64,000 nt of DNA from Octopus sinensis (taxonomy: Eukaryota). Numbering within the stretch: position 1 is the stretch's first letter; each line of letters begins with the position of its first letter. The stretch is taken from contig NC_043002.1 of the NCBI RefSeq assembly GCF_006345805.1, positions 37,758,001 through 37,822,000 of the forward strand. Reading direction: 5' to 3'. Below, piece after piece: positions 13,319 through 28,327 of this stretch. The notes beneath the pieces are model-generated. The model was not told the DNA's origin. It did not search any database and was given only the letters and a program-made list of their open reading frames with translations. The translations under genes were made by a program, and so were the position numbers.

Positions 13319-14363
13319 ACAGAACAGTAGACTAAGACTACCCTAGCAAGCACCCTAGCTATAGGCTACTGGTCTTAGACACGGAACTCTAGCTGGAAAC
13401 TAAGAGTAATAAGGTCCAGATCTTTCTTTCCCACTTTCTGAAACCCTTGATCTCTAAATACCTGGTCCACAAGAACACAGCAATTGCAGACAACGCCAAG
13501 TTCAATAGAGGATTGGTGAGAGTGATAAGGAATGTGTCCCTGATGTACGACCCTTCATCAGATAAAGTAAATCTACGTCTTAAAGTACTATAAAGGCCAG
13601 ATCCCCCATAAAATCCGTGATTCGTTGAAAATATCCTATCGATACGTTCCAATGTACGAGTAAAAACTAAATAGTATGTAAGATGAGCCCATAGGTTAGC
13701 TATAAAATTGGAATGTAAGCTATAGCTTACGATGTACTGAAATACGGTGATGAAAAAGGACAACAACTTACATTGTGGAAACGGCACGTAGTGTAGGGAA
13801 GCTAATAGGCGAACACTGACGAAAGCTCAAAGAGGAGAAAAGCTCGTCAGTGCCATACCAACATGCTCAATTGGAATATAGAGGCTCGTTTAATAACATA
13901 GAGATTAATGTATTATCAACGCAAAGAACAAACACAACACCCAGATTACGGAGGCTACACACATAGTAATAGACAGACCGAGCCTCAACAGAGAACACAA
14001 ATGTAAGAATAACACCCACTCCACGACACTACGCAACACGACGATTAATGATAGACGGGAGAAAAAGACACAGATACAATCAGTATAATGCTTAAACCCA
14101 TGAACACACACACACAAAAGACATACATACACATACTTGTGATGAAATATAAGAAATAGAATTAAATAAGTAAATAAGTGAAAGGAAAAGCTATATAAAG
14201 GGCACGGATACAAAAAATATATAGTAAGCAAACCCATATACACACAAAAAAAACAAATCTAAACACACACACACACACAAAACACAAATCTAAACACACA
14301 CACACATATACCTACACTGCTAATACATACATACACACCACGCATATATATATATATATATAA

Positions 14364-15309
14364 TAACTATAATTATAGCTTATTTAATAACATATGCTCC
14401 ATTCAAAGCGACCAAACCTAAACAGTTGACCGAAAAAAATAGACCGAACCACTAGGAATTGAACACAATACACAACATCAATGCTTACATGGCTCCGCAT
14501 GCATCCAATTCAGCTACGTAGCCAATCCAGCAATTTCAGCCAATTTTAATGTATAGATAATTTTAGTCTTGTACATATACTTGTAAATCTGTAAAAAACC
14601 CCGAAGGATGTAAATTACGGAGAAGAGCGACACACATAGGCACTTTTTAACAGTAACTATAATTATATATTATTTAATAATATACGCTCCATTTAAAGCG
14701 ACCAAACCTAAATAATTGTCTATAAATTTATAAATATATATATTAGACTAAAATTATCTCTACATTAAAATTGACTGAAATTGATGGGTGGCTGAATTGG
14801 ATGTGTACACAGCCACGTAAGCATTGATGTTGTGCTCTATTCTCGGTAAATCGGCCTATCCTTTTCTTTAGTCACTTGTTTAGGTCTGGCTGCTTTAAAT
14901 AGAGCATTTGCTGCTGAGACTCTCTTCGGTCATGACTGACCATGGGATTGTACTTAGAAAGTTACCCTCCCAGGCAACTTATGGAAGACCAGCAGTCGCC
15001 CATGTATGCCGGCCTCCCCTCTCCACGCCACCAGTGTTATCCAAACGCCAATACAGCTTGGTATCTGTGACGCCGCAACTCATTTCTACAGCTGTGTGAA
15101 CTGGAGCAACATGAAATAAAGTGTTTTGCTCAAGAACCCAACACGCAGCCCGATCCGAGATTCGAACTCACAACCTCACGATCGTAGGCTCGACGCTCTA
15201 ACCACTGAGCCATGCGTCTTCACTAGATGGAGCATATATTATTAAATAATATATATTAAAAAGGACCTATGTTTGTCACCCTTCTCCGTAATTTACAGCT
15301 TTCGGGTTT
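14364..15309. repeat. Tandem plus inverted ~290-bp unit structure
   Basis: Direct 59-bp segments 14364-14422 / 14654-14712; inverted 14472-14569 / 14745-14833; inverted copy of the direct segment and spacer at 15227-15309. Confidence 0.8.
14885..15223 (-). mobile_element. tRNA-derived SINE
   Basis: Head gtgaagacgcatggctcagtggttagagcg...gttcgaatc; core tgttgctccagttcac; 3' part shared with 62810-62990. Confidence 0.85.
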
Positions 15310-15334
15310 GTTCACAAATACACACACACACACA

Positions 15335-15371
<37 letters not shown>

Positions 15372-16057
15372 ATCACAAACGACGGTCTCGGTTTTTGCAG
15401 TTTTCATCCAGAAGTTCGTGGAGTGAAACAGAACCAAAAACCACGCCGTTTCAAAGCAAATTTCTTAACTACACAGCCACTAAATAACTTATGCAGACCT
15501 GCTTTTATACTAGACCTAAATGTCGAAGCTTAGTGTTTTAAGGACGTGATAATTAACTCATATAAACGACAGCCAACAGTTTTTAATAAGTATGATCTCC
15601 TGAGGAGAGTCATACTATTAAAAGAGAAACCTTACTGTGTTCTATCATCTTTAATATACCGTTTCCTACAATGTATTATCCTATATTTTTCAAGAGGTGT
15701 CTTAATCTTCTCCGTATTACCACCCCTAAACCATTTTCATTTACTCAGCACTTTCATTATGTCACACTCATACAACCATCGTATAAGCTACTTTACTCTT
15801 TAACTCATAATAATTGCATTTATATATATATATTATTTTGCTTATTTATTTTAAACATACCATCCGTTTTCTCTTATAAATCATTAACATCCTATCGTCA
15901 AACACAAATTTTACAGCACTAACTTCTCACATCTCTCCCATCTACCTCTAGGCTATGAGCAATTACTTTCCTCCTTAGAGGTCTAAATAAAGTAGAAATG
16001 AACATACACACAAAAAGAACCACCAATATACAAACAAACAAGTAATATTTCCCCTAG

Positions 16058-16105
16058 AGAACGGAACAGAAGCCATTACTTTAGCTGATAAACTTTCCTG
16101 GAACG
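16058..16105 (+). CDS. Candidate 48-nt phase-1/1 exon (NGTEAITLADKLSWN)
   Basis: Acceptor atttcccctAG, donor G|GTATGT, open frame. No homology evidence. Confidence 0.3.
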
Positions 16106-16619
16106 GTATGTATAAGGTAGATGTACATTAGATAAAGGATGATTACAGCAACAGTTATAAACCTTATTGATTTTTAAATAGCAGATTTTGTAACCGATCA
16201 CAGAAAATAAATTCCAGTTTACCCAACCGCTAAGTAAACGCTAAATTTAGGTACCAGTACTGCAACAAGCAAAGTAATTAAAACATTAAATAAAAACACA
16301 CCACGAAATAAAAATAGAGATATAAAACAGAATAAAGGAAACAGGTACAACAACAGCAACTACAACTACTACAACTACAACACCAATCACAACAGCTAAA
16401 ACAAACTACGTCCTTTTTACTGTTAAAAAAACTTAACGTATTGATTGTATCATTAATGTTTAGTGCAAATTTATTTGCGGTGAAAATGACGCAGTTTTTC
16501 TTCGTTTTCCCTTTCACCCTCTTCCTCGTTACACTCTTTTCCAAATGCATCTTTTTCATACTTCTCTTTCTGATTCACTCATGATAAAACGCTATAATTA
16601 AGTTGCAGACATTCCCATA

Positions 16620-16880
16620 TCAAATGTTATTTACACCAAATAATACACACACGCACACAAGGCACACTGCTCAATTACACACACACCCATACACAAACAC
16701 ACACAAACACACACACACACATACACACACTTATGCCCACACGTACACACACAAACGCGCACGCAAAATTACCAATACACAAACGAGCACAAACATGCTT
16801 GAAAACAAATGCATGCACACTTACATAAAACCGCATTATATACATGCAAATACGTATATGTATGTATACATATATATGTT

Positions 16881-16916
<36 letters not shown>

Positions 16917-16927
16917 TATATACATAA

Positions 16928-16985
<58 letters not shown>

Positions 16986-17290
16986 TATGTATATATACTT
17001 GCGTAAATATAGACGCACACACATATATGTATATATATACGTGTACATATATTCACACATGTATATACATATATATATATGTATATAAGTATATTATATA
17101 TATATGCGTACATACAGATAAGTATAAGCATACATACATATATATGTATTGATATATGCATATGTGTATATATGTGTAGTTATTTGTGTGTATATATATA
17201 TGTGTGTGTGCGTTTATATATATATATATGCATATATGATATATAATATATATATACGCACACATACAAAGAAACATATATAAGAAAAGC
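16620..17290. repeat. Large compound (CA)n/(TA)n microsatellite field
   Basis: Directly visible. Confidence 0.95.
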
Positions 17291-18799
17291 CATAACTGTG
17301 ATGCATGCTTAGATGTATGTGTGTTGAAATATTCTTTTGTATATTTTCATATCGATACATATGCAACCATATTTAAAATAACTTTAAATGTAATTAAATT
17401 GATGAGGAAACGCTGAAACACATACACACACACATCAACAGCAGCATCAACAATAAAAAAAAACAACAAAAATTGTTATGCGTGTGTGTGTCAGTGAACC
17501 TACATATACTTACGCATGTAAGTATGAATATATGCATGGAACGATTGCATTGGCGTCAAGTACTGTATTATATCAAGCCTATTACCAACTTGGACGATTA
17601 TTGATTATTTGCATACATAACTGGTCTGCATAAGGGCATCCATTTCTATTTTTAAAAAGTTAGCTAGATTTTCAACTTAATTGATACAATCAGAATGGCA
17701 AACGCTCGCCACTATGTGTATCTCGACTATATGATAATGAAAATAAACTTACCAACGTTCGTTATATAATTGAAATGTAAATAAAAAATTGGATGAAATA
17801 ATATCGAACATTAAGAAAAAAAAAAAGCGAAGTTCTTATGTCCGGATCGAGTTCACCGTTTTGTTTATTTCGTATCAATGTGGTCTTGGGTTCTGTACCA
17901 CTGCGTCTTCTGGTATAGTGCCGGATTGACTACAGCCTTTTGGGTGGATTTATAAGACAGAATTTGAAAGAAGCCCGTCGTATGTATGTATTTATGCATG
18001 TATGTATGTGTGTATGTATGTATGTATGTATGTATGTATGTATGTATGTATGTATGTATGTATGTATGTATGTATTTATGTATGTATGAATGTATGTATG
18101 TATGTATGCATGAATGTGTGTATGTGTACTTATGTATGGACCTATGCATGGTTCATAGTGAGGTAAACAACAACGAAGACATCAGGTATTCGTAGAATAC
18201 AGAAGATATGCAAGTACCAAATCAAGTTTAAAACCTAGATCTAACTCTGGGGCTGGTCTTTTGTGTGGCGTAGTTATAAAATTAAACTCAAATGGCGTTT
18301 AGAATTTACGATCTCTGGAAGAAGGTGGGGAGGATTGAGATGGGTCAGTTTTTTGTGAAAGTAGGCTTCGTTGGTGGTCATGTATGTCATGAAGCAGATC
18401 TTCGATGAATCAGGGATGGCCGAAACCATAGAAAACTAGAGAAGGAAGCAAGGAATGAAGTAGAGAATGAAGTGGAGATAGGGAGAAGAGTATAAAAAGA
18501 GTAAAGAGCAGCAGATTTTGAAACAATGACTGACAGGAACTGGATATAGATGAGGCCAGAACGATGCAAAGAAGGAATGAGATGGGTAACAACAGACAAC
18601 GATATGCTGAGGTTCGATTTGAGATCTAAACAACCCCTCTTTAATCAAAAGGTCCTCTGACGTAATCATTTCATGTAGGCACAAATTTTATTCCTTATTT
18701 GCTCATTAAGTAAAGTCTCTATAATTTCTCTTAATTACGATTCTGCCCTAACTTACCACTTAGCTAAGCTAACATCATATCCATTCTCTCTCTCTCTCT

Positions 18800-18988
<189 letters not shown>

Positions 18989-19204
18989 GAATCGTAGGTT
19001 CAATCCATCCAACGGGCTTCTTGGAACTGAGACTAGGCGAAATGACCAGTGTCCATTTTAAAAATACAGTAAGAGTAGACCCCGAACCTCAGAATTGTAA
19101 TGGAAACTGCTCAACTATTTGTCCAGGTCAATGTCTGTAAATCAATATATAAGAAAATACAGAAATGAAAAATGCCACACGCTTTCTATTTTTCATATTT
19201 CAAT

Positions 19205-19400
19205 ACTAACAAGCGGGACCCGTGAATATTTCACAGAATTAAAGGAAAACATGTTGGGTTATTTCTGAAAACTTTGTCCGAAAAACTTGAAAGTGTAGTC
19301 TGTGCTGTGTCGAAATGGAAAGATAGTCTTCATCTGCTACTCATTGAAAAATGAAAGAAATTTGAATACAATGGATTACTTAATGCATTTTATATATACA
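19205..19400 (-). mobile_element. Degenerate Helitron-like element
   Basis: Minus strand: tatataaaa 5' end, hairpin ctgtgaaatattcacgg, then TTAG|T. Confidence 0.4.
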
Positions 19401-19663
19401 CTTTATATACTTTATGCACAATTTTATAGACTTAACACAAAGCACTCATAAAATAAATAGTCACTCTTATGTTTCCATTTTCCCTACAAACAAAAAAAGA
19501 AATATATCCCGTACATATGATACAACCTTTAGTTAAATAAGTGTAAATATTTAATGGAATTGCACTTATGCGCATGCGTTAAGTGATAGGTGATATAAAC
19601 AACTTAGTTCAATCTTTAAAAAAATACACTTTTCCCTATGCAATATCCAATGCCACCTCCATC

Positions 19664-19694
<31 letters not shown>

Positions 19695-20399
19695 GTAACA
19701 CCACCACCATCGTCTTTCTTTCCCCTTCTCTCTTGCTCCATCTCCCTCCTATCTCTTTCTCTCTCCCCTCTCTATCTGCCTTTCTTTAACCTCACCATCA
19801 GAATATCAGCCCTCTGCTAACATTTTATCTCTAACTTTTCTCTATATCACTACCTTCAATTAAAATTCTTAACCCTCCTTTTCCTCCATCTTCATGTCTC
19901 ACTCTTTGCTTTATCCTCTTTCTCTCTCTCTCTTTTTTCTTCCTCCTCACTTTCCCTTCAACTAATCACGTGAAAGCGTTAAAATTACATTCCTTCTAAC
20001 TCACGTCATGGTGTCTTCTCTCTCCCTCCTTTTCTCTCTCCCACATTTCTTTCTCCCTCTTTTTCTTTAATCACGTGAAACTGTTACCGACGGGCTAAGT
20101 AATGAATTGACAAGCAGAATTATTATAAGATATCAGGCAGCACGCTGTTAAAGGTGGTTAGTTATTCGACTGCATTCCTCTCTTTTCTGAGCTGAAACCC
20201 CACCCAGTCAACTATGGTCTTTTGATCATCTAGTGTCCATAAAATATATAAGCAAGTATGGGACCGATTTAATTAACAGTGTTATACTTCGTTAATTTCT
20301 AATGTGCATCGTAGCATAGCTGCGATCTTCGTCATCTTTACTGATGTTGTTTATACACCGAGGAAATGCAGGTATTATAGTGGTCCATTCTCTATTTCT

Positions 20400-20630
20400 A
20401 TTTCTATCTTTTACTTGTTTTAGTAATTTGATTGCGGCTATGCTGAGGCACCGGCTTGAAGAACTTTAGTCGAACGAATCGACCTTATTACTTATACTAT
20501 CAGTCAATTTTGCCGAACCGCTAAGTTGCGAAGACGTAAACATACCAACACCGGTTGTCAAGCGGTGGTGGAGAACAGAGATACACAGATACATACACAC
20601 ACAGACACACACAGACACACAGACACACAG

Positions 20631-20664
<34 letters not shown>

Positions 20665-20679
20665 ACACACTCTCTCTCT

Positions 20680-20714
<35 letters not shown>

Positions 20715-20880
20715 GGACGCGCTTTCAGTTTTCCTCTAAGAAATCTAGCCACAAAGATTTGATCGGCCCGAGATTATAGTAGGTGTCACTTGCCCTAAGT
20801 GCCACGGAATGGAACTGTACCCTAAGCTATGTGGTTTGGAAGCAAGCTTCTTACCACGTAGCAGTGCCTGCACTTACTGA
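20400..20880 (-). mobile_element. SINE family B with internal (CA)n(CT)n
   Basis: Matches the reverse complement of 31529-31955. Confidence 0.8.
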
Positions 20881-20892
20881 TATATATATATA

Positions 20893-21100
20893 TTGTGTTG
20901 AGGAAAAATTCATGAGTGTTTTTTTCGATGCCTCGACGAGAGAAAACTCCTGGTCTTGGTACAAAGAATTCGTCCGGCCAAGCCCTCAATTCCACGTCAT
21001 TTTTGAACGATGCACCGCGCAAACCGGCCCAAAGCGGTTGAAACAGATGAATATCTGATGGCGCAAAGTGTGGAGAGTATGGAGGATGAGCAGGCACTTC
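20893..21100 (-). mobile_element. Mariner 3' fragment with TIR
   Basis: AHPPYSPHFAPSDIHLF motif; TIR-like ttgtgttgaggaaaaattcatgagtg next to TA at 20891-92. Confidence 0.8.
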
Positions 21101-22296
21101 CCATTCGAGTTCATTAATCTAAGGCTTGTTCATATTGAATATCTTTACCTTATCTTTAATACTTTCAACTCGTTCTTGACGCTGCTTCCTCAATCTTCGG
21201 AGTTTCTGTCAAATTAAACCTTATGTACTACTTAAAATCCGTCTTATGCGGATCAGCTTACAGTGGGCAAACTGTCTTGGGATTAACCGAAGTTTTAGCG
21301 ATATCTGATTCGACAAGGGATCACCTGTCGCCTGTTATTTTCCAATCAATAGTCCATACTGGCATCTCACTATTTTCGGTCTCGTTTTAAACGTCTTTTG
21401 AAGAGTAGAGGAAATTATATTTCTTAATGGATCTTTCTAACCGCACGGTTCATATTTTCTTTAACGTCTTTTCCAAATATATACACACAACACTTACAAA
21501 GCATGCTCAGCCATCACAGAAGCATCACAATCTAATTCTTTTTCTTTCTCTCTCTCTTTCTCACTCCTACTCTCTATCTTTCATACACACACTTATTGAT
21601 ACATAAACAAGCAATCACGCGTACACAACTGATATTTTCTATCATAAACGATGTATATCAGCAACATCGTGATTTCATAAACGCACTGGCACCTGAGTAA
21701 TTGGTGTCGACATACTCATATAATTACACAAAACACACACTTATCAAACACATACATTCAAACACAAACACTCCTGCTTACATACGTACAAAATTAAACA
21801 CATACACACATACGAGTACGTTTATACACGGGATCAATATTGAAGTACACAAACCTCTACTATCAAGTCCATACATAGTATACCAAATCGGTCCCTTATC
21901 CAAACATACACATAAGCTAACACGCATACTATTTTTTTATGACACACCCTATATATAAACACTACCACAAACAAAAATGCATACATACACTCACACCCAT
22001 TATTAGCATAATTATTTCCTGCACGCACACACACAAAAATACATACACGGTTACATATACGCAGGCATATATACATAATGCATACGAACCTGTCTGCGTA
22101 TATACAAAACCTATACACGTAAACGTCTGAAACATGCACACAACTGTACATCTGCTAACACGTACATATAATCAATATTTCCTCCCTTTGCGAACTCTTC
22201 GACGTTAAAAAAACTGCTTTCCTGTATCTTCCCATTTCTACCTTATTCAAAACATGATCTCCTTATAGATGCACGTCGATTATCCATCTCTCTCTC

Positions 22297-22342
<46 letters not shown>

Positions 22343-22479
22343 CTGTTTTTCTTTGACTTGAAGGACAAATATCTCCGAAATATCAAATATTTCCTTCCTC
22401 CTTTCATTCAGCAACAAACTAATGTATCTCTTAATCGTGTTATTTGTTTTGTTTTGTTATTATTTGACTATACATACAT

Positions 22480-23400
22480 ACACACGATGCTATGGCTATT
22501 GAAATCAATCTGACTGGTAGAATTTAAATGAATGCTTCTGACTATGACTTAAATCTCTATTAACTGATTTATGGCACAATTGAAAAGCAATTGCAAGTTT
22601 TATTTAATACTATTTATCATTATCAAACATAGCATGTCAAATTACAAAGATTTCTTAATGTTTTTCCATTACCGATAACCTTATTTGAAAGTCTTTTACT
22701 ACATGCTTAATCTTGAATAATCTGTCACAAATAATTTCTTAGCCTATTTAGAAATTGAAATATGTTTGTGGAGATGTTTGTGTTGTTATTTATACTTTGA
22801 TATAAAATTCTATTTGTCTTTATAACCCTTTCTAATTTAAAACATACCAGTTTATATATCTTGGACTACACGTTTAAATATGAACAAAAACATCACTACA
22901 ACTAGTTGCTATGCATTAGATGATACTTTTGAATATCAATATTTTCGCTCAATCTTAGTAGAAGTTTAATTACTGATTCAATCTCTTGTCTAATTCTGTT
23001 AGATATTTTGAACTATTAATTTTTGTACTGAATTACCAGATACAAAGTTTGAATTGATAAATAAGAATTACATCTTCAGCTTTTAGTTGACATGTATGTC
23101 AATTCATAATACACCACTGCAGTTTTAAAACTGCTTTGATTTATATGTTGTAGATATTAAAATAAGCGAATTACCATAAAGTTTGTACCATATACTCCAT
23201 TTTGTACAGTGTAGTTACATGCGGAAATCGAACTTTCAACATTCATTATTATTTAATTTACTGATTCCACTTGCTCTGACAAATGTTATTAATTATAATA
23301 CTGGTTCTTATTTCCGAGACAACCATCAATTGAGAAGAATATGCTATTGACATTAGATGGAAAGAAGTTTTGACAGTAATTTAAATGTTGTATATGTTAA
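22480..23400 (-). pseudogene. Possible very old LINE relic
   Basis: Non-repetitive AT-rich tract with faint similarity to the LINE RT C-terminal region; many stops. Confidence 0.2.
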
Positions 23401-23597
23401 AGTGAGATGGATTTAGAGTATCGGCACTTCCCTGTTGGTTGTCGAGGATATGCGTGTCGTAAATTGCATATCTATATGAAAATGTGACAAATACTTGCTT
23501 TCCCTACATAAAGAAGAAAGAAATTAGTAAATAAATTTGAGGGAACAGTGGAAAATGCCTTAATGTCGATTTATCAAAAGAGGAATGATGAAATGTA

Positions 23598-24000
23598 CTG
23601 AAGCGTGTCTGTGTAGTAAAAAGCTTGTTTTCCAACCACATAGTTCCGGGTTCACTCCCACTGCATGGCACCAAATGACAAGTGTTTCCTACTATAGCCT
23701 CGGGCCGACCAAAGCCATGTGAGTGGATTTGGTAGACGGAAACTGAAAGAAGCCCGTCGTATAGGTATATGTGTATGTTTTTATGTATGTGTTTGTCTTC
23801 CCCATTACCGCTTGACAACCCGTGTTGGTGTGTTACGTCCCTGTAACTTAGCAGTTCGGTAAAAGAGACAGATAAGATGAATATTAAGCTTAAAAAGAAA
23901 ATAATTGTTGGGGTTGATTTGTTCGACGAAAACCCTTCAAGGCGGTGCTCCAGTATAGCCGCAGTAAAATCAATGAAATAAGTAAAAGAATATAAAAATA
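23598..24000 (+). mobile_element. SINE family B
   Basis: Head, internal microsatellite and ggcggtgctccag...aagtaaaaga tail as in 31529-31955. Confidence 0.8.
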
Positions 24001-25330
24001 AAAGAAAAGCGTACAATCAGGAGGGATCTGCTAAGAGCAATGGATTTAATCAGAGCAGTAAAAGGCGAAAAAGTGAATCCAATAAGTGGCTGTTGGTTGG
24101 CGAACAACCGAAGGAGCATGTTATACCTGAAAAAGAAAATGAATAAAGTAAAACCATGAAAAATTTATGAATTGCGTGTATTCTGTATATTCACTCAGCT
24201 ATTAATTTTATCGTGGAAACAGCTGGTGTATTATAAATGCCATCTAGGCTATGAAGCAAAATATATATGTCTCTAGTGTAGATTTTGGCTTACAAAATTT
24301 ACGATATATTTGCACAAATTTATGTATGTAAAGTCTCAATTTCGACTTTTCAAACAACATTTATAGTTGAAACTGCAATAGATTTTGCTTTAGGCGAAGT
24401 TCTCAGTGATCAAAATGCCTAATGTTTAACTTGAACACCAATTAGCCAAACCTAACCAACAGGCAGACAATAGCAGCAACTCTTTAATTGAATGCGTTAT
24501 GGAAAATAAAACAAACGCAACGAAATATAGATAAACAACATCAAAGACCTAAAATAGCATTACTGTTTAAATTTATTTAATATTCTAAAGAACAAAGAAT
24601 GAAATAAAGAATTATACGAAGTACTGTATTCGTTTCCATATACTACAAGTAGAAATTCTGTAATATTGATATGAGCTCATTAAAGTTTTGAAGATGTTCT
24701 CTCTGAAGACTCGAAGATAATTTCATATACACAAATTGGCGGCGAAAACATCTCTGTTTCATTTAAACGAATTATACATAAAAAGATTATTTTCCTAATT
24801 ATGAGGCGGAGGGAATACCCTGCAAAACCTAACGAAGAATGTCTTAGAATATTGTAGTTTTCTTTTTATTATCTATTGAATATTCCAGCAAATTGTATTA
24901 ACAATATAAGTAGTAGTCGTTGTAGTGACATCCTAATACACCTAGAAACAAACTCGCATCCAACGTATTTCTTTTTTATATTTCCATTTTGGAGAAATAA
25001 TTTTAATTATATCACCAATTAACATGTTCCGACATTACAAAAACATGTTCGCATTCTTATGCAAAATATAAAACTGTGACAAATACTAGCAGACTATGTA
25101 CATAATATGTAAAGTACATATTCTGTTGGTTCGAAGCATTGTGTGTGTCAGTCACACCAGAGAATCGAATAGTTATCGTGTCTCAATTGGATTTCGGATT
25201 TTACGAAATTTGTGTATGGTTTTGATACAACTTGGCTTCCATGAAGTTCCTTTTCTTTAAATTTCTAGAACTGCTCAACAACAACAACAACGACGAAACA
25301 GCAACAGCTTAAGGAGGCAATGGCCGGGGT

Positions 25331-25727
25331 TCTCCATATATATATATAAAAAAAACTGAGAATGTGTGTGTGTGTCTGTCTGTCTGTTTGTGTGTTTCCC
25401 TAAAACTTGAGAACTACCCACCCAATTTCATTAAAATTTTACGCATGCCTTACTTAGGGTCCGGGGAGTGTCATCGGCAAAAATGTTTTAACTTTTTGCC
25501 TAGGGCGAGCCCACAGCAATATTATATCTTCTCCACTACGATTCCCTAGAACTTGAGAACTCACACAACCAATTTCATTCAAATTTTACACATGCCTTAC
25601 TTAAGGTCCATGTAGTTTCATGGGTAAAAAATGTTCAACTTCTTGCCTAGAGCGAGCCCATAGCAATATCATATCTTGTCCACTATTTCAGTATTACGTG
25701 TTAAAAGTGAAACAAAAACATTTCTCT
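25331..25727 (+). mobile_element. Helitron/DINE-1-like element with two ~146-bp subrepeats
   Basis: tatatataaaa-ctgagaatg(tg)n start; units begin near 25398 and 25544; homologous to 37562-37803 (minus). Confidence 0.7.
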
Positions 25728-26496
25728 ATTTTATGTCAGATACTTTCACTTTAACAATAACAATTAGAGATAATAATAACAATTGAATTACATGTAGTAA
25801 GTAATAATTAAAATCAAACTAAAGTATAATGTAATCGTAACATAACAAAAGTAAAAATAGCAAATGGTATAAAATTGCATCAATGACTTGAACTTGAATA
25901 AGTGGTTTCACATGAATGGAAATAAATTAAAAATGAAATTAGCGTGCAGAAATGGAATAGTCCAGATGGATAATAAAAAATTAAATTAAAGAAAAGACTA
26001 TTGTCTATAAAGTATACAATGTAGAGAAAAAAGATTTGAACACCTGGAGGAAATCACCATCGAAAAGTGTCTTGGTGCGACTATGAAAGATATCTAAACA
26101 GAGGCGGTAAATTCGCCATAATAGAAGCAAGGTTCGAGTCAACAGAGCGTGCAAGGGAGTACTCGACTCGAACTTGCAAAGTGGAAATATTTTATTTTTA
26201 CTTTTATATCTGGGACGTTGGACGTCCCGGATAAAAATTTAAGATGTCTATCCCCCCCCAGCAGTAGAGGTAGGCTGGATTGTAGCCACACTTCTATACA
26301 AGAGGGAGGACAAGATACAACTGATCGAAATTGCAAGAGACAGGCTTACAATTCCAGTCTGTTATATATTTTGAGTATTGTTATCACTAGCGATATCAAG
26401 ATATAACTTTGTATTTTGTATTTTATGCGTAGATGTATATATATATATAGATGTATATGAAATATGTACACATATATATACACATATATACATGCA

Positions 26497-26534
26497 CTAG
26501 CACTATGACCCGGCAACGACGGGTCATAATGCTT

Positions 26535-26585
<51 letters not shown>

Positions 26586-26677
26586 CACATATATATGTGC
26601 GCGAGTGTGTGTAAATACATACATACATTACACACATACAAACATCTGATATATGACATATAGCATATATATAGATA
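26497..26677 (-). mobile_element. Mini-Helitron composed mainly of microsatellite
   Basis: Minus strand: A|TCTATATATAT ... hairpin tatgacccg/cgggtcata, then CTAG|T. Confidence 0.6.
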
Positions 26678-27591
26678 TATATATATATATCTTCAAAAGG
26701 AGACTTACATAAAGTCATTATTATGTTATATGGTGAATTATGTAAAGTCACCATTACGTTATATGGTGAGTTATATTGCATTACATATGTTATATATAAT
26801 ACTATTCCATGATAGCCCCTACCTAGTTAGTCTGAATTCATCCTATTTTGGTGATTACACTATTTTCCTTTCTATGATGTTCTACCCTACTGATCATATT
26901 ACATATATTTGTAGTTACTTTATGTAAGTCTCCATTTGACTAGATCATATACGCCCTAGAAACTATAAAATCATTCATACAATAACACCTCTAGCATTAC
27001 AACTTATAAAATCTCTCGGTCTGAATACCTCTAACTGCTCTCACTACTTCCATACAAATTACCCCATCTTTTCGGATTACCTCTATCCCTTCCCTACCTC
27101 TAATTTTAATCCTATGTCTCTTTATATGTAGATTATGTATATTTCTTATTATTTTCTATAAATTCTAATTATTTTGTTTTCTTATTTTACTTAGCTGCGG
27201 GTTTTCTTTGTCACAACCCGCAATGTCATTGAACATATATGTGTCCGCTCTTTCATTTCTTATTTCCATTTAAAACTAAGCGTTTCAACTGTAATCTTAC
27301 ACTCCATTCTTCATTCTTTCACATTCTTAATGAAAGAAATTATCAGCTTAACTTTATCCATAATGCAGCTAATTTAGTACCTAGCACTTAGCACTGAAGA
27401 GGTAACATATTTCGAAACAAGTGGGTCGGCAGGAAAAGATAATTAGATATATATGAAAAATGTCTATTGCCTTGAATTATCTTTTGCATACTTCTGATTC
27501 TCCTATTAAGACGAAAGTAAAAGATATGTACATACGTTCATTGATATATACATACATATTTAAGCACCCATATATCTATAAATATGTACGT

Positions 27592-27659
<68 letters not shown>

Positions 27660-28327
27660 TTACATATATATGTACACTACGGCTACAATCCACATAATAC
27701 ATAATGGCTTTCTACAGAGTTTTTATTTAACCTAATTCATGTAAAAAAACATGTAAAAAACAATTCCAATATCTTTTGCTTGGAAAGAGAATTTCCTAAG
27801 CATTCGGACACATTGCGTGAACATATATATATGTATATCTATATATATGTATGTATGTGTGCATGTGTGTGTGTGCGTATACATAATCTGACAAGCTCCA
27901 ATGAGGCTGGTGTTGTTCTGCTTTGGTAAGACCATATTATGTTGGGAATTTGGTAAAATGTACAGTGAACGTTTTGGATACAGTCCTTCATCAAGGGAAA
28001 AATTGAAGTATGTACATATATATACATATATATATATGTGTGTGTGTGTGTGCATGTTTGTATATGTGTATGCGTTTGTGTGTAAGTGTATGCGTTCGTG
28101 TGTGTATGTGTATGCATGCATCTCCCTCTCTCTCTCTCTCTGTATATATGTGTCTGTGTGTGTGCATGAGAGAAAGAAATAGAGGGAGAATGTGGGAAGA
28201 GGAATTTTAATTTGTGCGCTTCTTTGTCAATGATTTTACAACATAGAAAATAGAAATACTTATAAGTCCTGTCAGCAACTCGTGAGATATCAAGGACTGA
28301 GCCCAGTTTATTAATTCAATTAGAGAG

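Noticed and set aside
13814-13851. CTGACGA...GAAA hammerhead-like motif
   Set aside because: The inverted repeat pairs with the core itself; stems I and III do not form.
20318-20372. Plus-strand exon candidate with CAG|GTATTA donor
   Set aside because: No compatible neighbouring exon and no homology.
26127-26230. Short inverted repeats (gcaaggttcgagtc/gactcgaacttgc and a second hairpin)
   Set aside because: Probably internal to a repeat; no recognisable RNA or terminus.
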